Of a stretch of DNA of 64,000 nucleotides, positions 57,883 to 64,000 are shown in pieces. A model generated the notes under the pieces. That model was not told the DNA's origin. It did no database searches and saw nothing but the letters and a program-made list of their open reading frames with translations. The stretch's first letter is position 1, and the number at the start of each line of letters is the position of its first letter. The stretch spans positions 888,249 to 952,248 of the forward strand of contig CAWHNO010000016.1 in NCBI GenBank assembly GCA_963830725.1, written 5' to 3'. The position numbers were made by a program, and so were the translations under genes. Origin of the DNA: an uncultured Solirubrobacteraceae bacterium (lineage in GTDB: Bacteria; Actinomycetota; Thermoleophilia; Solirubrobacterales; Solirubrobacteraceae).

Positions 57883-57966
57883 GCGGCTGTGGCGGAATTG
57901 GCAGACGCGATAGCTTCAGGTGCTATTGGGCAAACGCCCGTGGGGGTTCGAGTCCCTCCAGCCGCA
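57883..57966 (+). tRNA. tRNA-Leu (anticodon CAG)
   Basis: GCGGCTGTGGCGGAATTGGCAGACGCGATAGCTTCAGGTGCTATTGGGCAAACGCCCGTGGGGGTTCGAGTCCCTCCAGCCGCA has a long variable arm and anticodon loop TTCAGGT. Confidence 0.92.
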
Positions 57967-58037
57967 TCAGATCGCTGCCCTAAAGGCGATCGGGTTTACT
58001 ACCTTTCCGGGTCCACCGTCCCGGAAGGAGCGTTCCG

Positions 58038-58529
58038 ATGAGCGTGACCGACGAGCTGGTCGCGAACAACGAGGCCTATGCCGCGCGGTTCGACAAGGGC
58101 GAGCTGCCGCTGCCTCCCGCGAAGAAGGTCGCCGTCGTGGCGTGCATGGACGCCCGGCTCGACCCGGCCCGCGTGCTCGGCCTCGAGGAGGGTGACGCGC
58201 ACGTGATCCGCAACGCCGGCGGCGTGATCACCGACGACGAGATTCGCTCGCTCGCGATCTCGCAACGGCTGCTCGGCACCGAGGAGATCGTGCTCATCCA
58301 TCACACCGACTGCGGAATGCTCACCTTCTCCGACGAGGAGTTCCGCCGCTCGCTCCAGGAGGAGACGGGCGTCGAGCCGGAATGGTCGGCCGAGGCGTTC
58401 AGCGATCTCGATCAGGACGTGCGGCGGTCGGTCGAGCGCATCACCTCGAGCCCGTTCATCCCGCGCACGGACAGCGTGCGCGGCTTCGTCTACGAGGTCG
58501 AGAGCGGCCGCCTGCGCGAAGTGAACTGA
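58038..58529 (+). CDS. Beta-class carbonic anhydrase
   Basis: Zinc ligands are in VVACMDARLD and HHTDCGM. 163 aa. Confidence 0.92.
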   Translation: MSVTDELVANNEAYAARFDKGELPLPPAKKVAVVACMDARLDPARVLGLEEGDAHVIRNAGGVITDDEIRSLAISQRLLGTEEIVLIHHTDCGMLTFSDEEFRRSLQEETGVEPEWSAEAFSDLDQDVRRSVERITSSPFIPRTDSVRGFVYEVESGRLREVN

Positions 58530-58542
58530 TCCGCCCGAACCG

Positions 58543-58570
58543 GCCGCCTGCAAGGAATCGTGCAGGCGGC
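58543..58570 (+). terminator. Hairpin (GCCGCCTGCA-8 nt-TGCAGGCGGC) after the carbonic anhydrase gene
   Basis: 10-bp perfect stem 14 nt after the stop, with no U-tract. Confidence 0.4.
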
Positions 58571-58571
58571 A

Positions 58572-58735
58572 GGAGTTCTCGCTGATAGAACGACGCCCGC
58601 CGAATCGCCGGCCCTCCGCGGGACGGCGAACGGGGGAACCGATGCGGCCGCACGGCCGCGGGGGCGAATCGCCGCGATCCTGCGCGGCGTAGCGAGCGAT
58701 CGCGAGCCCGTCAGCTCACCTCGTAGGCGACTCGG
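58572..58735 (+). promoter_or_regulatory. Cyclic-di-AMP riboswitch (ydaO/kimA class)
   Basis: CTCGCTGATAG...ACGGGGGAACCGA...CGGGGGCGAATCGCC...GAGCCCGTCAGCTCACCTCGTAGGCGA parallels the conserved blocks CGCUnAAUC / GGGGGACCCA / GGGGUGAAUC / CCCGACAGCUAACCUCGUAAGCG. Confidence 0.8.
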
Positions 58736-58761
58736 ACAGATGTGATGAGGACTGACGGATC

Positions 58762-59628
58762 GTGATACCGACCACCCGCCGCGCAGCGCTCGCCGCGCTC
58801 GTGGTCGCTGCGCTGCTCGTGCTGCCCGCAGGCGCGCCCGCCGCCTCGAGCAAGCCGCTCAAGCGCGGCTCGCACGGCGCGCGCGTGGAGCAGGTGCAGC
58901 GCTGGCTGGGCATCACGCCCGACCGCGTCTTCGGCCCCGCCACGCGCCGCGCGGTCAAGCGCTTCCAGCGCCGCCATGGGCTGGCCGCCGACGGGATCGT
59001 CGGGCCGGTCACGTGGGCCGCCCTGCGTCGCGCCGGCGCGCGGCGCGCCTCGAGCGGTGGCGGCTCGAGCCGGCGCGCGGCCGTCGTGCTGCTCCAGCGC
59101 GAGCTCGGCATCGGCGCCGACGGCGTGTTCGGCCCGCAGACCGAGCGCGCGGTCAGGAGCTTCCAGCGCAGCCGCGGCCTCGTGGCGGACGGGATCGTCG
59201 GACCGGCGACGTGGAGCGCGCTCGGCCATGGCGGCCGCAGCGTCGTGCTCAAGCGCCGCGGCGGCCCGAGCGGCGACGTCGTCGCGCGCGTGGTCCGCGC
59301 CGCCAACCGGATCGCCGGCAAGCCGTACAAGTACGGCGGCGGGCACGGGCGTTGGAACGACAGCGGCTACGACTGCTCGGGCTCTGTCTCGTACGCGCTG
59401 CACGGCGGCGGCCTGCTCTCCTCGGCCCTGACGAGCAGCGGCTTCATGCGCTACGGCTCACCCGGCCGCGGCCGCCGGATCACGATCTACGCCTCCCCCG
59501 GCCACGTCTACATGGTCATCGACGGCCGCCGCTTCGACACCACCGGCCGCAGCGAGACCGGCTCGCGCTGGCAGGCGTCCGACCGTTCCTCGGCCGGCTA
59601 CGTGGTCCGCCACCCGCCCGGTCTCTAG
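58762..59628 (+). CDS. Secreted peptidoglycan hydrolase: three PG_binding_1 repeats + NlpC/P60 domain
   Basis: Three copies of G..V..VQ/LQ..LGI..DGVFGP.T..AV..FQ. NlpC/P60 catalytic Cys in GYDCSGSVSYAL and His in PGHVYMVI. Signal peptide present. Confidence 0.88.
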   Translation: MIPTTRRAALAALVVAALLVLPAGAPAASSKPLKRGSHGARVEQVQRWLGITPDRVFGPATRRAVKRFQRRHGLAADGIVGPVTWAALRRAGARRASSGGGSSRRAAVVLLQRELGIGADGVFGPQTERAVRSFQRSRGLVADGIVGPATWSALGHGGRSVVLKRRGGPSGDVVARVVRAANRIAGKPYKYGGGHGRWNDSGYDCSGSVSYALHGGGLLSSALTSSGFMRYGSPGRGRRITIYASPGHVYMVIDGRRFDTTGRSETGSRWQASDRSSAGYVVRHPPGL

Positions 59629-59727
59629 CCTAGGCGCCGTCACCCTCATCCGCGACGCACCTGCTGGAGATGTACGCGAAGGCGGCCTGACCCGTGGCGC
59701 AGCGGGCGGAGCGCCGTGGGGTCCCTC

Positions 59728-60270
59728 CTACAGCCGCTCCAGTGCCAGCTCGGCGCCGCGGTCGGGCGGGAACACCGGGTAGACGACGTCGGCGATCCGG
59801 CCGCCGTCGACGATCAGCGTCAGCCGGCGGATCAGCGTCATCCCCTCGACCTCGAACGTCGGCAGGCCGAGCGCGTGCGTGAGCTCGAGCCGCTCGTCGG
59901 AGAGCAGCGGGTACGGGAGGTGCAGGCGTTCGACCGCTTCGCGCTGGTACTCGGTGTCCTGCGTCGAGAGCCCGAACAGCCGCACGCCGAGCGCGCCGAA
60001 GCGCGCGGCCTCGTCGCGGAACGAGCACGCCTCGGGCGTGCAGCCGCGCGCGCCCGGGATCGCGTTCCAGCCGGCCTCGCCGCCGGGCGGCTCCTCGCCG
60101 GGCCGTCCGGTGCGCGGGTAGGCGAAGACGACGCTGCGGCCCGCGAGCTCGTCGAGCCGCACGAGCGCGCCGTCGGTAGCGGGCAGGGCCACCGGCGGCA
60201 GCGCGCCGCCGCGCAGGTGGTCGGCCGCCCCGTCGTCGACCGGGACGGGCAGGTCGTGGGGCAGCTCCAT
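59728..60270 (-). CDS. bcp: Bcp-type peroxiredoxin (AhpC/TSA family)
   Basis: Peroxidatic Cys context GARGCTPEACSFRD. 180 aa from the internal ATG (MELPHDLPVP). Confidence 0.85.
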   Translation of the reverse strand: MELPHDLPVPVDDGAADHLRGGALPPVALPATDGALVRLDELAGRSVVFAYPRTGRPGEEPPGGEAGWNAIPGARGCTPEACSFRDEAARFGALGVRLFGLSTQDTEYQREAVERLHLPYPLLSDERLELTHALGLPTFEVEGMTLIRRLTLIVDGGRIADVVYPVFPPDRGAELALERL

Positions 60271-60420
60271 CGTCGCCCGAGTCTCCCAGGATCGAGGCCC
60301 GAAAAGTGTCCGAGCGCTAACCGGTTTGACCCCCTCGACCCCCGGCTCCCGCACCTGAACGGACGTTCAATCTGGACGAATGTCCTGCCAACTCGCCGAT
60401 CCGGCGTCTATATTCCGGGC

Positions 60421-60717
60421 GTGGTGGCCGATAGTGGTGGCATTCCCGGCAAGAGGTTGAGCGCACTCGCTCACCCGATTCGCCTACACATTCTCTCCGT
60501 CGCAGAGTCGGAGGACATCAGCGCGAGCGAGGTCGCAGTCGCGCTGAGCGAGCCCCTGGGCGTGGTCGCGTACCACTTCCGGGTGCTCCACACCGCGGGC
60601 CTGATCGAGCTGGTCGGCACCGAGCGCCGGCGCGGGTCGATCCAGAGCTTCTACCGCGCGACCACGACCGGTTGGGCCGAGCTGGCCGAAACGGTCGAAC
60701 AGATGATCGGCGAGTGA
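60421..60717 (+). CDS. ArsR/SmtB-family HTH regulator
   Basis: LSALAHPIRLHILSVAESEDISASEVAVALSEPLGVVAYHFRVLHTAGLIE. The start codon is uncertain (GTG 60421 or downstream). Confidence 0.8.
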   Translation: MVADSGGIPGKRLSALAHPIRLHILSVAESEDISASEVAVALSEPLGVVAYHFRVLHTAGLIELVGTERRRGSIQSFYRATTTGWAELAETVEQMIGE

Positions 60718-61073
60718 GGATCGCCGGCAAGAAGGGGCTCGCCGTGCGCGAAGGCGCCCGCGGCCGCGGCGTGTTCGCGACGCGCACCTTCGCCGAGGGC
60801 GACGTCGTCGAGGTCTGCCCGACGGTCGAGATCTCCGAGGGCGGCGGCGACCTCGCGGACTACCTGTTCGAGTCGACCACCAAGGGCCGGTTCCTCGTCG
60901 TGCTCGGCTTCGGGATGCTCTACAACCACGCCGCCGAGCCGAACCTCGACTACTTCCAGGACGAGGCCGACACGCTCGAGTTCGTGGCCCAGCGCCGGAT
61001 CGAGCGCGGCGAGGAGCTGACGATCAGCTACGGCGCCGAGTGGTGGTCGGCGCGCGGCGAGAAGCCGATCTGA
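60714..61073 (+). CDS. SET domain protein (putative protein-lysine methyltransferase)
   Basis: GRGVFATRTFAEGDVV, FGMLYNHAAEPN and GEELTISYG are SET motifs. GTG start in a GTGA overlap with the arsR stop. 119 aa. Confidence 0.8.
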   Translation: MRIAGKKGLAVREGARGRGVFATRTFAEGDVVEVCPTVEISEGGGDLADYLFESTTKGRFLVVLGFGMLYNHAAEPNLDYFQDEADTLEFVAQRRIERGEELTISYGAEWWSARGEKPI

Positions 61074-61342
61074 GGCGCTAGAACGTGAAGGGCGCCTCGA
61101 GGCGTCCCGCGCAGGTCGGCGACGACCCGCCCGCGGATGCGCGCGAAGCGCATGAGGACGGCCGAGCAGCCGGGACAGCGCAGCACCGTCCCCGGGCCCT
61201 GCGCATAGACCTCGACCGCCCCTACCGCCCCGGTGGCGCCGCACGACGCGCAGCGGACGACCGCCGTCGTGGCCTCTGCGGTGAAGACCTCGCTGAGCAG
61301 GCCGGCGGCGGCGTTGCCGTCGAGCCGCAGTTCGCTGTCCAT
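61028..61342 (-). CDS. DUF6510-like small Cys4 protein
   Basis: LRLDGNAAAGLLSEVF...VRCASCGATG...LRCPGCSAVL. Located directly downstream of the FNR-like gene. The 3' end may be shorter. Confidence 0.6.
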   Translation of the reverse strand: MDSELRLDGNAAAGLLSEVFTAEATTAVVRCASCGATGAVGAVEVYAQGPGTVLRCPGCSAVLMRFARIRGRVVADLRGTPRGALHVLAPQIGFSPRADHHSAP

Positions 61343-61344
61343 CG

Positions 61345-62100
61345 TCAACCTCCCGTTGCGCCGAAGCGCTCGGTCCGGATTCGCGACTGGTCGTAGCCGA
61401 GGGCCACGAGGTCGCGCGCGACTCCCTCCACGAAGCCGGTCGGCCCGCAGACGTAGATGCGCGGCCGTTGCGCGGGGTCGAAGCCCGCCTCGGCCAGCAG
61501 CTCGCGGTCGACGCGGCGTGCGGGGCCCGTCCACCCGGCCGGTGCCGCGCGCGTGTACGTGAGCACCACCGGTATGCCGAGCCGCTGCAGCTCGTCCGCG
61601 TACAGGACGTCCTCCGCGCGCCGCGCCGACAACAGCAGCCGCGCCGCGGCGTCGCTGCCCGCGTTTCGGCGGTGCCGCAGCATCGCCATCAGCGGCACGA
61701 GCCCCGAGCCGCCGCCGACGAGGAAGAGCGGCCCGCCGTCGGCCGCCGTCCACACGAACCAGCCGCCGACCGGCCCGCGCACCTCGAGCGCGTCGCCTGG
61801 CTGCGCCTCGTCGACGAGGAACGGCGACACCTCGCCGTCCTCGAGGCGCTCGATCGTCACCGCGATCCGGTCGTCCTCGGGCGCCGACGCGATCGAGTAG
61901 CTGCGCTGCGCCTGGTAGCCGTCCTCGGCGGTCAGCCGCAGGTCAAGGTGCTGGCCGGCGCGGTGCCCGGGCCAGCCGTCGACGTCGAGGATCAGCGTCG
62001 AGGCCGACGGCGTCTCGCGCACGACCTCGCGAACCTCGGCGGCCCGCCACCCGATCGCGCGCTCAGTGGGCCGCTTAGTCGCCCTGGTAGCGCTGCTCAC
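61345..62100 (-). CDS. Ferredoxin-NADP reductase-like FAD/NAD(P)-binding oxidoreductase
   Basis: RSYSIAS (RxYS FAD motif), GPVGGWF and LVGGGSGLVPLMAM (NAD motif). Confidence 0.8.
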   Translation of the reverse strand: MSSATRATKRPTERAIGWRAAEVREVVRETPSASTLILDVDGWPGHRAGQHLDLRLTAEDGYQAQRSYSIASAPEDDRIAVTIERLEDGEVSPFLVDEAQPGDALEVRGPVGGWFVWTAADGGPLFLVGGGSGLVPLMAMLRHRRNAGSDAAARLLLSARRAEDVLYADELQRLGIPVVLTYTRAAPAGWTGPARRVDRELLAEAGFDPAQRPRIYVCGPTGFVEGVARDLVALGYDQSRIRTERFGATGG

Positions 62101-62698
62101 GCCAGGGATCTCCGTAGTCGTGGTAGCCGAGCGACTCCCAGAAGCCGGGCTCGTTCTCCTCGATGAACTCGAGCTCGCGCACCCACTTCGCGCTCTTCCA
62201 CAGGTACAGATGCGGGACGAGAAGGCGCGCCGGCCCGCCGTGCTCGGGCTCGAGCGGGTCGCCGTCGTAGGCGTACGCGACCCAGGCCTTGCCGCCGGTG
62301 AGGTCCTCGACGGGCACGTTCGTCGTGTAGCCGCCGTAGCTGTGCGCCATCACGTACGCGCCGAGCGGCTCGACGTCCTCCAGCAGCGTGTCGATCGACA
62401 CGCCCTCCCAGCCGGTGCCGAGCTTCGACCACGACGTCACGCAGTGGATGTCGACGGTGAACGACTCGCTGGGCAGGGCGCGGAACTCGTCCCAGCTCCA
62501 GCTCTTCTCGGCGTCGACGGCGCCGCTGAGCGAGAGCCGCCACGTTTCGAGCGGGAGGTGCGGGGTCGGGCCGGCGGACAGCACCGGGAAGCCGTCGGTC
62601 AGGTACTGGCCGGGCGGCAGCGCCGTGCCGGGGGGCGGCTCGGCGTGCCGGCGGCGGAAGCCTCGGGTGATGCGCGACATGGTGCTTGATCCTCTCAT
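62075..62698 (-). CDS. Sulfite-oxidase-fold molybdopterin oxidoreductase (small, YedY/MsrP-like catalytic domain)
   Basis: FTVDIHCVTSWSKLGTGWEGV, GGPARLLVPHLYLWKSAKWV and GFWESLGYH. 207 aa. Confidence 0.85.
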   Translation of the reverse strand: MRGSSTMSRITRGFRRRHAEPPPGTALPPGQYLTDGFPVLSAGPTPHLPLETWRLSLSGAVDAEKSWSWDEFRALPSESFTVDIHCVTSWSKLGTGWEGVSIDTLLEDVEPLGAYVMAHSYGGYTTNVPVEDLTGGKAWVAYAYDGDPLEPEHGGPARLLVPHLYLWKSAKWVRELEFIEENEPGFWESLGYHDYGDPWREQRYQGD

Positions 62699-62801
62699 GC
62701 TGGCGTTCGGCGAGCAGACTGCACGCCAGATCGATTCCGTCTACACGACGTCCGACGTCGTCGAGCAGCGGATCGCCGGGCGTTGGCCGTGCGCCCGTAC
62801 C

Positions 62802-63578
62802 ATGGAGCAGGTGACCCCGGATTTCCTCGACCTGCCGGAGCGCACGGCCAAGCCCCGGCGGGCGGGCATCACCCATGTCCTGGATCGCGGGCTGTCGCCG
62901 CGGGCGCTCGAGTCGCTGCTCGAGACGGCGGGCGAGCACATCGACCTGATCAAGCTCGGCTGGGGCACCGCGTACGTGAGCCGCGGCGTCCGCGACAAGG
63001 TGGCGATCTGCCGCGAGGCGAACGTGAGCATCAGCCTCGGCGGGACGCTGCTCGAGATCGCGTACGAGCAGGGCCGCGTCGAGCACTACCTCGAGTGGCT
63101 GCGCGAGCTGGGGATCGACCATGTCGAGGTCTCCAACGGCTCGCTGCCGATCGCGGTCGACGACAAGCGCGCGCTGATCTCCCAGCTCGCCGCCGAGTTC
63201 ACCGTGATCGCCGAGGTCGGCAGCAAGCGCTCGCAGGACGCGGTCGCCGAGGAGTGGGTGGCCGAGATGCTGGGCGACCTCGCCGCCGGCGCCGCGCTCG
63301 TGATCGCCGAGGGCCGCGAGAGCGGGACGGTCGGCCTGTTCGACTCCACCGGCGCCGTCCATGCCGAGCTGGTCGAGGCGATCCTGCACGCGGTCGGTCG
63401 CGAGGTCGTCATCTTCGAGGCGCCGCTGCGCAGCCAGCAGACCTGGCTGCTCCAGCACGTCGGCCCCAACGTGAACCTCGGCAACATCAAGGTCGAGGAC
63501 GTGATCGCGCTCGAGACTCTGCGCCGCGGGCTGCGGTTCGAGACGCTCGACCTGCTGCCGAGCGCGGTCAGACCGTAG
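62802..63578 (+). CDS. comA: Phosphosulfolactate synthase (ComA) family protein
   Basis: FLDLPERTAKPRRAGITHVLDRG, IDLIKLGWGTA, GIDHVEVSNGS and IAEGRESG. 258 aa from the ATG at 62802; upstream in-frame starts are possible. Confidence 0.8.
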   Translation: MEQVTPDFLDLPERTAKPRRAGITHVLDRGLSPRALESLLETAGEHIDLIKLGWGTAYVSRGVRDKVAICREANVSISLGGTLLEIAYEQGRVEHYLEWLRELGIDHVEVSNGSLPIAVDDKRALISQLAAEFTVIAEVGSKRSQDAVAEEWVAEMLGDLAAGAALVIAEGRESGTVGLFDSTGAVHAELVEAILHAVGREVVIFEAPLRSQQTWLLQHVGPNVNLGNIKVEDVIALETLRRGLRFETLDLLPSAVRP

Positions 63579-63587
63579 CTCCCAGTC

Positions 63588-64000
63588 ATGGACTCGATCG
63601 CAGGCCTTCTAGACGGACCTCGCGCGCGGGAGGCGTTCCTGCTGCGCTCGAGCTTGGACCCGCCGTGGTCGATGCGGATCCAGGACGAGGCGCCGCTGAC
63701 CTTGGTGGCCGTCGTCCGCGGCGAGGCGTACATGATCCCGGACGACGGCGAGACGGTGCGGGTGAGCGCGGGCGACATCGCGATCGCGCGCGGCCCCGAT
63801 CCCTACGTCGTCGCTGACGACCCGGACACCGCGCCGCAGGTGGTGATCCACCCCGGCCAGCACTGCACGACCCCTGACGGCGACACCCTCACGCTGATGA
63901 AGGACATGGGCGTCCGGACGTGGGGCAACAGCCCCGACGGCGAGACGGTGATGCTCACCGGCACCTACCAGCTGCGCAGCGAGACCAGCCGCCGGCTGCT
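63588..64000 (+). CDS. AraC-family regulator, N-terminal cupin-like domain (3' end outside window)
   Basis: MDSIAGLLDGPRAREAFLLRSSLDPPWSMRI...VVRGEAYM resembles the AraC_binding_2-type N-terminus. The frame is open to the window end. Confidence 0.6.
   Translation, partial: MDSIAGLLDGPRAREAFLLRSSLDPPWSMRIQDEAPLTLVAVVRGEAYMIPDDGETVRVSAGDIAIARGPDPYVVADDPDTAPQVVIHPGQHCTTPDGDTLTLMKDMGVRTWGNSPDGETVMLTGTYQLRSETSRRL

Noticed and set aside
56868-58037. Integrated prophage or genomic island at the tRNA-Glu/tRNA-Leu pair.
   Set aside because: There is no integrase, no phage genes, and no direct repeat of a tRNA 3' end. The only non-housekeeping gene is the 0.8-kb LAGLIDADG-type ORF.

Overview
This is a very GC-rich, actinobacterial-type chromosomal segment (by eye >70% G+C, with strong GC3 codon bias). 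It is about 90% coding, and most genes sit in minus-strand polycistrons joined by 4-nt ATGA/GTGA stop/start overlaps. Gene order, left to right (<- marks minus-strand genes): M23 peptidase remnant; scpA-scpB read as one ORF; trpS; TetR + FAD oxidoreductase. Next comes [181-aa unknown <- stand-alone LigD-type primase-polymerase <- gcvPB <- gcvPA <- gcvH <- gcvT], lying 30 nt downstream of the division/cell-wall (dcw) cluster. The dcw cluster runs ftsZ <- ftsQ <- murC <- murG <- ftsW <- murD. It is then broken by a 1.8-kb insertion (Cys-less MGMT-like gene, HTH + Clp_N pair, ridA). It continues mraY <- murF <- murE, is broken again (GNAT, AidB-like acyl-CoA dehydrogenase, TetR, membrane protein), and ends ftsI <- ftsL <- rsmH <- mraZ with GTGGG boxes upstream. 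After that: a pilin-less Tad module (tadC <- tadB <- cpaF <- cpaB) fused to an OmpR/histidine-kinase pair; a Cys-rich ORF; rho <- folP <- secreted repeat protein; MOSC; an ExeM/NucH nuclease; pntB <- pntAB <- pntAA. The most interesting locus is a cobalamin-riboswitch operon at 47.3-54.4 kb. It encodes three secreted proteins (two with DUF4430 / transcobalamin-beta-like cores, the first unassigned), EcfT, a double EcfA, an S-component and an alpha/alpha-toroid DGG[WF]-repeat protein, and it lies back-to-back with pduO. The rest of the window holds an FHA/MerR-like pair; tRNA-Glu, a free-standing HTH-double-LAGLIDADG gene and tRNA-Leu; a beta-carbonic anhydrase; a c-di-AMP (ydaO-type) riboswitch before an NlpC/P60 hydrolase; Bcp; an ArsR-SET pair; a Mo-oxidoreductase/FNR/DUF6510 triad; a ComA-like gene; and an AraC-type gene running off the end. 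Major caveat: many genes, including essential murE, murF, ftsI, rsmH and mraZ, are broken by 1-nt frame shifts, concentrated at 20.7-32.9 kb and 51.5-54.2 kb. These look more like indel errors than biology. The long Arg/Ala/Gly/Pro-rich ORFs in the track are antisense shadows of real genes. Internal start coordinates were derived by codon counting from the ORF track and may be off by a few nt. No database search or covariance model could be run.
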